DNA of 63,493 nucleotides, filler included, from Octopus bimaculoides (GCF_001194135.2; 5 parts of 5 records of this genome joined end to end with filler, not necessarily neighbours in it), one strand, 5' to 3'; positions 49,640 to 62,671 are shown, counted from the whole stretch's first letter. Numbers and translations: made by a program. Notes: generated by a model not told the origin, from the sequence alone.

Positions 49640-49805
49640 ATTTAAGTCATAGATGGGATCCTTAGAGGTATTACTGTTCTGGATCAGAACGGACCTGGGA
49701 TTAATGGTAATTAAGGTGTGATTCCACACTCCCCACTCCTCTAAAACTTCCGAGCGGGAGCTTCACCACCTGATTCAGTTTAATATATGTAATACCCAGG
49801 TATTT
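49640..49805 (+). repeat. Short interspersed repeat of unassigned family
   Basis: catagatgggatcc...ggacctgggattaatggtaa...ttccacactcccc...cttcaccacctgattcagttt...acccagg; recalled as a common octopus repeat, single copy in this window. Confidence 0.45.
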
Positions 49806-50049
49806 CATACATACATACATACATAAATACGCACATACATGCATACATAACATACAAGATTGTCCCACATAAAATGACCTCTTAAAAATGAATGAGAAAC
49901 GCTATTTATAATCAGGATTTGTTAATGAAAATAGACTCCATTAGCTTCAACATTTTTTTTCCCATTACCTTGGGAGACTAAAAAAAATATTGCCTTTTGA
50001 ATCTATAAACGGTTCAAATGTTTTCCTTACTTCTTTGTTTGCATAATTT

Positions 50050-50480
50050 TTGTCGCAGATGCAAAGCTCAGCGGCGAAATAACTGATACTCTATCGGTAA
50101 CAAGTCTGGATAAAATGGAGGTTGTTCCAATATTTCATCGTTAAGTTGCTGCAAATTTGCTTTGACTTGATTTACGATGTGGGACTCTGACATCGTAATG
50201 CAAGAGTATAGACGCTTGTCTGTTTAGCAATGCCGGATGTTCTCTGGTTAATTTGGAATTCATTTCTTCAATTTGCTGGCAGTTGGATTGGAATGTTACT
50301 GTTTCTCCTGGCTGCAGAAACGAATAATGAGTGATTCCTTGGCAGTACCAACAAAAAGTAACCATACTTTTGTAGAATGTAAAGAGTATTTTGAAATATA
50401 CTCAAGCAAATCTTCAGAATCTTGCTATTGTGAAGATCTTTTACAGTTGCCATAAAAGATTCATCTGTCGTCACAGGTGA
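50050..50480 (-). mobile_element. Mariner transposase remnant
   Basis: TTDE...FCWYCQGITHYSFLQPGETV...HPALLNRQASILLHYDVRVPH (decayed LLHDNARPH motif). Confidence 0.8.
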
Positions 50481-50745
50481 TTGTATTTTTCAAAAAATAT
50501 TTACTTTTCGTTTTGCGCAAGAAAAAGACAACAGACTGACAAACGTTGCGCCTTGTTTGGCGCTCTTAACTCATGTAACAAAGTTGTCCAGCTTTTTCAC
50601 CTTAATGATTTTTGCAAGATGATATCCTTCAGATGGATCGAAAACCTGTAAGTTATTGAAAAGAGCTCCAACAGCAGTGCAAGGATTAGCCTCATCTGTA
50701 TGTTTGAATGGTTTAGCATTGACCACTGATGAAGAGCGTCCCCAA

Positions 50746-50791
50746 GACACCTGATGAAGGCTGAAAGGTATATCAGCCGAAACGTTGTGTT
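50746..50791 (+). ncRNA. Minimal type I hammerhead ribozyme, Penelope-LTR type
   Basis: Helix I gacac/gtgtt; CTGATGA 50751-50757 plus an extra A; helix II ggctga/tcagcc; GAAA 50779-50782; palindromic ACGT helix III; GUU cleavage triplet ending 50786. Confidence 0.72.
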
Positions 50792-51114
50792 AACAACAAA
50801 CAAGATGAGGACAAATATCCGTCAAATGTAAATAATGTACATAATTCCTCGTCTCTTAAACATAGAACTGTATTGTCAGTGTTGTTCTTTTTTTTTTCTA
50901 CTGTTGTTCTTTTTCCTACTGTTGTTCTTATTTCAATCCTTTGTGTGATCCCACATTGTATCGTCCTGTGCCGTACCCAACGTTTTTGTGAACCTTTTAA
51001 AGCTTAATGAAAAATGAAAAAACTAAAATTAATTTCATTATTATTAGAAATAGTTCAGTGGTAGAAACGACAGGGGGCTGAGCCAATTCTTGCAGTATTT
51101 ACGTCCATTAAGAA

Positions 51115-51122
51115 ATGATGAC

Positions 51123-51168
<46 letters not shown>

Positions 51169-52115
51169 AGGAAGAGATGTATGATGATGATGATGATGAT
51201 GGGGAGGAGGAGGAGGAGGAGGAGATGTATGATGATGATGACGATGATAGTGATCGTGTTATGGTAGTGGTGTTAGTGTTGGCGGTGGTGGTGATTTTTG
51301 TGGTGGTGNNNNNNNNNNNNNNNNNNNNNNNNNNNNNNNNNNNNNNNNNNNNNNNNNNNNNNNNNNNNNNNNNNNNNNNNNNNNNNNNNNNNNNNNNNNN
51401 NNNNNNNNNNNNNNNNNNNNNNNNNNNNNNGGTGGCGGTGGTGGTAGTGGTTTCGGATGATAATGGTGTTGGTAGTGATGGTGATGATAGTGGTGGTGGT
51501 AGTGGTTGTTATTGCAGCCACTATCGTTGTTGTTGTTGCTGTTGTTGTTGTTCTGGCGGGAGTGGCAGAGGTGTGTAGTGTTGATGGTGATTGTCGTTGT
51601 TTATAGTGATGGTCATGTTGGCTACACTAAGAGATTATATCGCATATCTTAATGGCGACGATATTAACCTAATTATTGACATTTTTCTCCACGTTGTCTG
51701 TCTGTCTGTCTGTATGTCTCTCCGTGTGCCTACTTAAACAATGGTGGCAGCTCTGTAAGGATTAGCAAGCTTACCTTTAACTTGCTGAACAGCAACAATA
51801 ACATCATCATCATCATCACGAACGCTATCATCACTACTTCCACCACGTCTATCACTACCACTACCACTACTACCATCACCACCACCACTATAACTACCAT
51901 CATGACCACCTCCACCACCACTATCATCATTATCATCATCATCACCACCATAACCACCACCATCACCACGCCCACCACCACCACCACTAACACCACAATA
52001 CCACCATAACCACCACCATAACCACCACCCCGCCACCACCGACACCTGCACTCATTATCTTCATCATCATTATCATCATCATCATCCTCATCCTCATCAT
52101 CATCATCATTACCAC
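51115..52115. repeat. Compound trinucleotide low-complexity tract (GAT/GGT/CAC/CAT)
   Basis: Directly visible; explains the poly-D, poly-V and poly-T ORFs. Confidence 0.9.
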
Positions 52116-52645
52116 CATTGTCAGTACGAGAAACTACAACCGCGACAGTGTTAGCATCACAACAACATGGACAGCAACAATAACATCAACATGATGAAAA
52201 CCATTTATAAATATATACTATATATATCGAATACAAAATGCGAAAAATTCGCTTTCGGGTGTTTTAAAACACGCACACACACATACACACGCATACAGAC
52301 ACACACACACACACACACATTTTTTTTACATATTGTGTGTGTGTGTTTTATTTGTTTAATAAGATTCTTGATGTGAAATCATCGTGTTGAAACAAATATT
52401 TCAGTACTTTCAGAATGTGACCTAAAAAAGGATTTTACCCCCCGCCACCACTACCACCACCACCAGACTTGAACGAGACGGACCACCCACAATTACATAA
52501 CCAGTTAAACAGAATTCCACCGATTGACGCAGTCGGTGAATCACGATCAAAATTCTAACTGCACAGCGCAGCTATTGCAATGTAATGCAACGTAATCTAT
52601 ACTCGTACGGTTACAATACACACATATACATATATATATGCACGC

Positions 52646-52735
<90 letters not shown>

Positions 52736-53171
52736 GTTTGTATGTAAGTATGTATGTATGTTCTCATTTGTCTTTTTAATTTAGAATAAAATCTGAACAG
52801 CCACCTACTTGGTAGAAAGATTGTGAAGGAAAGTATCTTCTGTTAACCGCCATCCTTTAAATCTTAGGAAGCTCTTGCAGATAATTATAGTCCCAGACAT
52901 CGCGTTCATTTGTAGCATAAAGATTAAGAACTTGCATTTTCTCTTCCGAGATACCAAGCTCAGCCATACTTTGCTCTAAGACGGGTTGGTGTGTTTACTG
53001 TTGCTCCAATAATAATACGTATAAAGCTGAAAGTGTAACTTGGGTACAGGATTTACTAACTCCTTATGAATAGTCCATAAATGTTCACTTTTTTCTTGTA
53101 TTTTTCTAACCACATCCGTGTCCAGAGAGAGGGTAGCTGATTTCCACATATGTATGTATGCATGTGTGTGT

Positions 53172-53560
53172 GGAGGCGCAATGGCCCAGTGGTTAGGGCA
53201 GCGGGCTCTTGGTCATAGGATCGCGGTTTCGATTCCCAGACCGGGCGTTGTGAGTGTTTATTGAGCGAAAACACCTAAAGCTCCACGAGGCTCCGGCAGG
53301 GGGTGGTGGCGAACCCTGCTGTACTCTTTCACCACAACTTTCTCTCACTCTTACTTCCTGTTTCTGTTGTGCCTGTATTTCAAAGGGTCAGCCTTGTCAC
53401 ACTGTGTCATGCAGAAGATCTCTGTGAACTACGTTAAGGGTACACGTGTCAGGGGAGTACTCAGCCACTTGCACGTTAATTTAACGAGCAGGTTGTTCCG
53501 TTGATCGGATCAACTAGAACCCTCCACGTCGTAAGCGACGGAGTGCCAACAACAACAACA
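53172..53560 (+). mobile_element. tRNA-derived SINE, family 3, full length (~390 bp)
   Basis: A box tggcccagtgg, B box ggtttcgattcc, unique body, tail gtgccaacaacaac; inserted within (TG)/(TATG) repeats. Confidence 0.85.
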
Positions 53561-54085
53561 TGTATGTATGTATGTATGTATGTGTATGTGTGTGTGTCTA
53601 TGTATGTATGCATGCATGTATGTATGTATGTATGTATGTATGTATGTATGTATGTTATCAAGCAGTTTCATTTCTCTATTTCTTGTCCATAGAGAAAGAG
53701 CCGGACTCTAACATAGATTCAAGGCTCCTTCATTGGAACATTTATTAACATCATCTAGACATTTGTGCATATGTGTGTGCAGTATTTGGTGTTAGTGTAT
53801 GCGCAGATTTGTATGTTTGTTTTATGGATGCGCTTTTATGTATATATTTTCATGTCTAGGCGTATGCATATGTATTTATGCGCAGATTTGGATGTTTGTT
53901 TTATGGATGCGTTTTTATATATGCATGTGTGTATGTATGTATGTATCTTTTTGCTTTTTACTCATTTAAATTCTTCCTATGAATTAGTCGGTTGATTTCT
54001 GTTTCTGAAAATCTAAGTTTATCCAGACTGACATTTAGGCATTTACTTACAAAACAAATTCCTCCAATTATTATTGGTATGTATG

Positions 54086-54119
<34 letters not shown>

Positions 54120-54627
54120 TGCATTATGTGTGCATGTATGTATGTATGTTCTTTGGGATATACGTACAATTTTGTCATTCCTATTAGCAAATGAAACATG
54201 TGTAACGGTGAATAAATAATACCGAAGATGATTTTTAACTTCTTGTTTTGATATATAATTACTCAGCAAACAATATTTCCAGAATGTTAAACTCTAATGC
54301 GTACCGCATATGCATATAACAACTGCATACGGAATTGCAATACTGGAATAAGATGTGCATTAAGAGGACACAGCTTGGTTTTTAACCCAGCCTTCATAAT
54401 TGTATATACAGTTACATAACTACAAATCCAGTATTACAAATCCAGCAGCTGTTTCTGGGGGGGGGGGATATATCGGTGGTCCACAATAATGATTGTAAAT
54501 TGTAAATTCCATCGTCGGATGATACGGGCTTCCGTCTTCAGGGGGGAAATCTTACATTTGAGGTGTTGACAGAAAGAAGATTAAACATGGAATATATATA
54601 TATATAATATAAGAAATTGGAATAATC

Positions 54628-54824
54628 AGTTATGTTATAACTTCATTAGTTTATACTTGTTTCTGCTATAAGACGCAATGTACTCATACGGCCTTCAAAT
54701 ATGAAGTGCACTTCATATCTGAAACTCCGATGAAGCTGTGGTGGGATACGCAAGCACTCGCCTATGAGTACATTGCATCTTATAGCAGAAGCAGCTGTAA
54801 GCTAATGAAGTTCAGACCATAACT
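54628..54824. repeat. Short foldback with ~60-bp arms and an internal perfect 20-bp palindrome
   Basis: agttatg...ttctgctataagacgcaatgtactcata / tatgagtacattgcatcttatagcagaa...cataact; atatgaagtg|cacttcatat at 54699-54718. Confidence 0.8.
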
Positions 54825-55049
54825 ATTTACTTCTTTGTCATCTCAATTTCTTATTGCCGTTCTGTGCTCGACTAACGCATCATTTTGAAGCATATGTATA
54901 TCGAGTTCTAACAGCAAGTTATTACTATCGCAATGCCTAAGTAAAAGATTAAAACATGTGATATGTGTGTGTGTGTGTGAGTGTGTGCGTGTGTGTGTGT
55001 GTGTGTGTATGTGTGTGNNNNNNNNNNCATCAACAGCAGGGTATTTTTG

Positions 55050-55083
<34 letters not shown>

Positions 55084-56785
55084 TGTATGTATGTATGTAT
55101 GTATGTATGTATGTATGTCATTGTTCAGTTTTATTTCAAGATTTCCTGCTAATAGGGAAAGAGTCGGTTTCTAGCCTAGACCCAAGGCTCAAACATTGGA
55201 ATTTCGACATCAAGGGAGTACTTTTGTATGTATGTATGTATGTATGTATGTATGTATGTATGTATGTATGTATATGTGCAGATTAGTATGTTTTGCTTTA
55301 TGTATGTATTCTCATGCATATAGTTGCATATCTAGACATGCTCATATATATTTAAATGATAAACTTCTGGTAAGTTTTACAGATTTGTATGTGTGTATGT
55401 ATGTATGTATGTATGTATGGATGTATGTATGTATGTATGTATGTATTTATGTATGTATGTGTGTGTGTGTATGTATGTATGTATGTATGTATGTATGTAT
55501 GTATGTATGTATGTATTAGCGCCTCTGAAGCAACGAATCGATCCTGTATGTACAAATTTATACGATTTAAATATCGCTGAATATGTATTGTTTCAATGCG
55601 TGTTTGCCTCTCATATCAAAATAATTATTTCACATATATATTGTTATGAAGCATTTAATGGATTGAAGTTTCACTTTTCATATATGGACTGATAACCCAG
55701 AATTTTGTCTCAAATTCAAAATGTTCCGTAACATATTTTTTCACGTCTGGCCGTATAGCCTTTTTTGTTTATTTTCACTGTTTCATTTTCCTGTCTTGTT
55801 TTCTGTCCGCCACTACATTCCTCCATGGTACAAATTTGATTTGTGGTCTGTGGGAAGAGCCATTTTAACGATGCGTCCTGCCCTAACTTTTCGAAACGCC
55901 AGTGTTAGAATGGTGGCAGCTGATGAAGGAAATGTTATCTATGTGACCTGTGTGTTTTCTGTACTCTGTTTATTATTTTGTCTACGTTTTGTTTGCAAAG
56001 TCCTGTACTCAGATATGCATCTATATATACAGGTAGATGTAGGTATGTACATACATGTACGTATATATGCATATACTCATTTAATATTATATANNNNNNN
56101 NNNNNNNNNNNNNNNNNNNNNNNNNNNNNNNNNNNNNNNNNNNNNNNNNNNNNNNNNNNNNNNNNNNNNNNNNNNNNNNNNNNNNNNNNNNNNNNNNNNN
56201 NNNNNNNNNNNNNNNNNNNNNNNNNNNNNNNNNNNNNNNNNNNNNNNNNNNNNNNNNNNNNNNNNNNNNNNNNNNNNNNNNNNNNNNNNNNNNNNNNNNN
56301 NNNNNNNNNNNNNNNNNNNNNNNNNNATATATATATATATATACATATTATGATTTATACATGTATGAATATGCATGTATGTATACTGCCCCCCTCCCCC
56401 AAAATTTTGGGCCTTGTGCATAGAGTAGAAACGAAACGAACATCTAGTTTCCACTGATATTTGCCAGTCGTTACAGATTAAAAGATATATAAAAGTGCAA
56501 AGATAACACATAACAGTCCACCGATGGACGTAACTCCATTCATGCCTAGAAGTTTTTTTATTATTTTATCACCAACTCGGTAACGTTGCTGCGCTATCTT
56601 GACACTGACCGGGAAATCTGACAGATTTAATGTTCATTTACATCAGCTGGATGGAGTTGAAGAAGGTGAATTGCTTTGCCTAAGGACATAACGCAGTGAG
56701 GAGTCGACAGTCAGGAATCAAACCTACGACCTTATGATTGAAGACTCAGTTGTGTCGCTACCAGACCACGTGTCCTTTCTTTATG

Positions 56786-56850
<65 letters not shown>

Positions 56851-57127
56851 CATATACACACATACACACATTCATACACAGACAGATATGCATGCATTTA
56901 TACATACATGGAGACAATAATGTGTATCGTATATAAATATGTATTTACATGATATATATACATATGTGTGTATGTGTAAGCCTATATATATATATATACA
57001 TACATATATATATACAAATATATATATGTGTGTGTGTATAAATGTATGTATGTATATGTATGTATATGTAAGTTGTATGCATATATGTATGAGTGTTTGT
57101 GTGAGTGAGTGAGTGAGAGAGAGAGAG

Positions 57128-57167
<40 letters not shown>

Positions 57168-57261
57168 NNNNNNNNNNNNNNNNNNNNNNNNNNNNNNNNN
57201 NNNNNNNNNNNNNNNNNNNNNNNNNNNNNNNNNNNNNNNNNNNNNNNNNNNNNNNNNNNNN

Positions 57262-57294
<33 letters not shown>

Positions 57295-57658
57295 TCTCAG
57301 CTGGCAGTTACCGCCTGCTTTATCAAATGTAATAATAGACTAAACGCTGGCAGTGAGGCTGAAGACCTGTTTATGAAAATATCAAAATAAAATGAAAGAA
57401 AGAAAACAGAAAAAAATGGAAATTGAAGTAAGAAAAAAAAGAAGAAAGAAAATGCCAAAGCTATAAATCAAGTAAAGTATATTGCACTGAATTTTTTGAT
57501 CATTTCACTCGTAATTCAGCAATATATATTTTCCACTTGAAAAACTTGTTATCAAATAAACTTTAAAGCACATGCATACTCATATACATACATACATAGT
57601 TACATGCCTATATACTTACATGCATGAATTCAAACATGGTATTTATGTCTAGAATATG

Positions 57659-57700
57659 AAGGGTGAGTATGACCTCCGCGTGGAGGTCATACTCACCCTT
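57659..57700. repeat. Perfect 19-bp inverted repeat with a 4-nt loop
   Basis: aagggtgagtatgacctcc-gcgt-ggaggtcatactcaccctt. Confidence 0.92.
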
Positions 57701-57713
57701 AATATTGCAGAGT

Positions 57714-57932
57714 ATTCGAGGCGGCGAGCTGGCGGAAACGTTAGCACTCCAGGCGAAATGCTTAGCGATATTTCGTCTGTCTTTACGTTCTGAGTTCAAA
57801 TTCCACCCGAGTTCGACTTTGCCTTTAATCCTTTTGGGGTCGATAAACTAGGTAGCAGTTGCATTCTGGAATCGATTTAATCGACTGGCCCACTCTCCAA
57901 AAATTTCGAGCCTTGTGCCTAGAGTAGAGAAG
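57714..57932 (+). mobile_element. SINE family 1 copy with a 13-bp target-site duplication
   Basis: aatattgcagagt at 57701-57713 and 57933-57945. Confidence 0.88.
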
Positions 57933-58434
57933 AATATTGCAGAGTGTTTATGTCAATGCCTTTGTAAAATAAACCTATAGTTGAGCAGACATAATGTCCT
58001 GGGTTATAGAAAAGAAACTATACGCAGTAATTGAAAATGCACATCAGTGTTAAAACGTGTAGCTGTTTTTAAATTTTGTAACAGATTTATTAAAATACCG
58101 AACTGGTTTCGACAATTTTTCGTTTATAAATGATAAATAAAAAAAAAAATAAGGAAAGAAAGGGTTAGGAGAGGTTAAAGTTGCAAGGAAAAATTCGGAG
58201 AAACATGCTTAAAAGGTCAAATGTTCATACAAATTCCAATGAGTTTCCCAAAGATAGACTGTAGTGCAAGTTCAAATGTTCGATGAATTTTATAACAGTT
58301 TTACATGATTGAAGTTTCAGTAATACTGAGTTATCTTAACAATCAGATACGATGAAGTTTTTCAAAAGAGAAATAGAAAAATAGGAGAGAAAGAAAATGG
58401 GGTTTCTTTTACAATTTTTGTCGCAGTGGATGAA

Positions 58435-58860
58435 TCTAAAGAGACAACCTAAATCTCTAGAAACGATACTAACCAGCGACAAATTACCTACCAAATATAT
58501 AATCTTACTAGTCAAAAAATGTAACCGCCCTAATTGCGGGACTTGCATCAACCTATGAATTCAGATCAGGACAAAGAGTCACCATAAAAAATCACCGGTG
58601 CAGCGAGGAACTTGATTTATGTTCTCAAATATGTTAGATGTCGTGGGGGTTACATAGGTCAAACGAGCTTGACTTTGAAGGACAGAATGACAGTACATTA
58701 TCAACAGATTCAGTATTCCACAACTAGGAAAACACTTAGATCAGTACCCTGCGAACAAGTGCTCAAGATACCAGATTTTCCCTCTCTGTCTATGCGCCGG
58801 AAACAGGGCATCCCAATTCCGATTAAATAAGGAAAATATGTTTATAAAAAATATATAAAC
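58435..58860 (+). mobile_element. Penelope-like GIY-YIG fragment
   Basis: KRQPKSLETILT...KCNRPNCGTC...NLIYVLKYVRCRGGYIGQTSLTLKDRMTVH. Confidence 0.8.
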
Positions 58861-59224
58861 CACAACAAAATATCCTGTAATAACATATCAGAATGAGGAA
58901 ACCCAGTTCATTCACGAAAAACAACCATCGAAATATAAATCAAAAGTGTAAGTAACGGGCTACCTCAGGGATTTGAACGCCCTAACTTCAAGCTGCTGTA
59001 CAATATTACCTTACACCTCAAAACCACTTACTGGAATCGTCATATATTCGACCAATGAGAAAAGACAAATAAATACTGAGCCGACCGAAACTAGTGGCTT
59101 CTCAAGGAACTCAAGCAACCAAAANNNNNNNNNNNNNNNNNNNNNNNNNNNNNNNNNNNNNNNNNNNNTTAATTAATTAANNNNNNNNNNNNNNNNNNNN
59201 NNNNNNNNNNNNNNNNNNNNNNNN

Positions 59225-59259
<35 letters not shown>

Positions 59260-59269
59260 ATGGAGTAGA

Positions 59270-59650
59270 TCAAAGGTTCTCAAACCATTTTGGCTAAACT
59301 CTTTTGACTCTTGAAGCCACAAATGGCCCCTCTAGAAAATATTTTTATTTTTCAATACGCTACTTATTTTGATACCAGCTGATAATGACTGAAAAAATAA
59401 AGAACGTCATTTTACAAATGCGCTGTACGCAGTCGGGAGTACAGATGTACAAACTGAAATGTAATAAAAATGAAATAGTGAATTGCAAGTTTGGTAATTG
59501 CATTTATTTCCACCACATGATTCTTACGAGAACAACGTGTTGTCTATCGAAAGAGTGCTCTTTGGTACAAGTAAATGCCAATGAAATCATTTCAGAACTT
59601 TCCGATTTTCCTTATCAAAACAGCTAGAACTTGTGCAACAATCTGACATA
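59270..59650 (+). mobile_element. Possible hAT remnant (TIR-like end and C-terminal dimerisation region)
   Basis: caaaggttctcaaacc resembles hAT termini; frameshifted LSIE...VNANEIISE...KTAR. Confidence 0.4.
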
Positions 59651-59967
59651 TAAGTTATTGTCACCCGGGAAGAGGATTTTTTATGCTCAAGAAAAACAGT
59701 GTATCTGATAGAAATTGTTGAAATACATATGTACTTCATATGAGTAGCAAATTGTGGAGGATGGTATTCATTGTACTTGGATCTAGTTAGTTTGAGTCAC
59801 AAAATCAGCCCCCTTTTAAAATGAGGTAAAAAATCTGAAAATTTGTCATATTAAACATTCATATCTTATTCAGGATCTAGTTTGGTAGACAGAAACGGAA
59901 AGAAGCCTGTCGGGAGTACAGTGTGTGGTAGGAAGACAAACAGAGACTCAAAGACACACACACATAT

Positions 59968-59999
<32 letters not shown>

Positions 60000-60007
60000 G
60001 TATGTAC

Positions 60008-60096
<89 letters not shown>

Positions 60097-61113
60097 TACA
60101 TACATATGTATGTATGTATATATGTATGTGTATGTGTTTGTCTTCCCACCACACACACATTACACAAACGTACACACATACACACGCATATACACATACA
60201 TATATAACTACATGCATAGATAATAGATACATGTATATATAATAGCATATACCTACCCCCACACGTATATACATACATACATACATACATACATACATAC
60301 ATACATACATACACATATNNNNNNNNNNNNNNNNNNNNNNNNNNNNNNNNNNNNNNNNNNNNNNNNNNNNNNNNNNNNNNNNNNNNNNNNNNNNNNNNNN
60401 NNNNNNNNNNNNNNNNNNNNNNNNNNNNNNNNNNNNNNNNNNNNNNNNNNNNNNNNNNNNNNNNNNNNNNNNNNNNNNNNNNNNNNNNNNNNNNNNNNNN
60501 NNNNNNNNNNNNNNNNNNNNNNNNNNNNNNNNNNNNNNNNNNNNNNNNNNNNNNNNNNNNNNNNNNNNNNNNNNNNNNNNNNNNNNNNNNNNNNNNNNNN
60601 NNNNNNNNNNNNNNNNNNNNNNNNNNNNNNNNNNNNNNNNNNNNNNNNNNNNNNNNNNNNNNNNNNNNNNNNNNNNNNNNNNNNNNNNNNNNNNNNNNNN
60701 NNNNNNNNNNNNNNNNNNNNNNNNNNNNNNNNNNNNNNNNNNNNNNNNNNNNNNNNNNNNNNNNNNNNNNNNNNNNNNNNNNNNNNNNNNNNNNNNNNNN
60801 NNNNNNNNNNNNNNNNNNNNNNNNNNNNNNNNNNNNNNNNNNNNNNNNNNNNNNNNNNNNNNNNNNNNNNNNNNNNNNNNNNNNNNNNNNNNNNNNNNNN
60901 NNNNNNNNNNNNNNNNNNNNNNNNNNNNNNNNNNNNNNNNNNNNNNNNNNNNNNNNNNNNNNNNNNNNNNTATATATATATATATATCCACAAAATATGC
61001 ATTTTTTAAACGGAAGTAAAAAATCTGAAAAGTGGTTATCTTGATGCAGTTTTCCACACTTATTCCTATGAAGCCCTGAACCTCTGGAGAAAAAATTTGA
61101 CACACAATTTTTT

Positions 61114-61609
61114 TTTTTTAATTCGTGGTTTTAAAATACGGACAGTCCGAATCTACCATTCGCTTCTCTTTGTAATTTCCAAATAATTTTTTAAATACTT
61201 TAAAATCAAAATTGCGTAAATATGTGTGCCAGAAACATAAGTTAAACATTAAGGAAATAGATTTTTTGGAGATCTTTTATAATGATTAACATTAATTTTA
61301 TTATTCTAATGTCTTCTGCAACTCATACATATACATGTATAAATGCATACAGAAACATACAAATACATACATACACACATACATTTTTACAGAGTTAGTT
61401 TTATATACATCTTTGTATATATATAGATATTTCGGCAAATCTACACAATTGTGCCCCAAAGAATTGCTTCCTGTTAACTTTGAGAAAATTAAATATTTCT
61501 TTTCTACATATATGCTTCAGATCATGTAGATTCCGCTTCAGTTGGAATTCATTGTGAAAAGCGTTTGTCCCTAAAGGAGCTTTAGAAAATTCACACCATT
61601 AGGCTTTCG

Positions 61610-61651
<42 letters not shown>

Positions 61652-61661
61652 NNNNNNNNNN

Positions 61662-61696
<35 letters not shown>

Positions 61697-61785
61697 AGTT
61701 TAGGACAATCAATCAGTAAGTTGTCATAATAGTACTTAGAGTTCCAAATGCAGGAGTTAAGAGCTACGATGCATTCTCATTGTTA

Positions 61786-61832
<47 letters not shown>

Positions 61833-62215
61833 GTGGGTGTATACGTATTATTTTAGTTATATATTTATACACGCACATACACACATAAAAAACTGGCACA
61901 CCGTCGGTTACGACAGTCACAAGTATCTAAAACTTCTTCACCACACTTCCAGCTTCATTTTTCCTCTTAAAAAGAAGGCTTTCGTCTACTTGGACTACAT
62001 GTTGTACCACTGCACGGCTGTCTGTCTGCTAATATTGCTGATGGACATGCAGCATGTCACTGGCATCGCATATAAAGTCCAGGATTATGTGAAAAAGTAT
62101 GAAGACCGTCAATTGACTTTCTTCCATAAAAGTATTAAAAAATTATTTGGAAATTATAAAGAGAAACGAATGGTAGATTCGAACTGTCCGTATTTTAAAA
62201 CCACGAATTAAAAAA
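61114..62215. mobile_element. Foldback element with ~88-bp near-perfect arms
   Basis: 61114-61201 (aattcgtggttttaaaatacggacagtccgaatctaccattcg...aaatacttt) is inverted at 62129-62215. Confidence 0.8.
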
Positions 62216-62475
62216 CGAAAATTGGTGTGAGTGGAGATTTTTTTGTTGTATAATCAAATAAATTCCATTATGCAGAAGACAGATCGAAAAAAATTTGTAA
62301 AATTCTAAAAAATACAAAAGTTACGAGGGGTTTAGCACGTGCTTACATCACAATTCCATCCATCCATTCATATATNNNNNNNNNNNNNNNNNNNNNNNNN
62401 NNNNNNNNNNNNNNNNNNNTTAATTAATTAANNNNNNNNNNNNNNNNNNNNNNNNNNNNNNNNNNNNNNNNNNNN

Positions 62476-62635
62476 CAACCGATGGTGGTGTGTTTACGTC
62501 CCCGTAATTTAGCGGTTCGGCAAGAAAGACCGATATAATAAGTCCTGGGGTCGATTTGCTCGACTAAAGGCGGTGCTCCAGCATGGCCACAGTCAAATGA
62601 CTGAAACAAGTAAAAGAGTAAAAGAGTAAAGAGTA
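62476..62635 (+). mobile_element. SINE family 4, 3' part
   Basis: gtcctggggtcgatttgctcgactaaaggcggtgctccagcatggcc...gaaacaagt(aaaagagt)n tail. Confidence 0.7.
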
Positions 62636-62671
62636 TGTATGTATGTATGTATGTATGTATGTGTGTATGTA

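Noticed and set aside
53172-53250. tRNA-like sequence
   Set aside because: A and B boxes are present but there is no full cloverleaf, and it continues into a SINE body.
55882-55940. GAAAC...CTGATGAAG with partial helix II pairing (type II hammerhead?)
   Set aside because: No valid helix I or NUH geometry could be folded; at best a decayed remnant.
59070-59100. ctgagccgaccgaaactagt, hammerhead-like, after the Penelope fragment
   Set aside because: Core lacks NGA, helix II does not pair, and the cleavage position is G.
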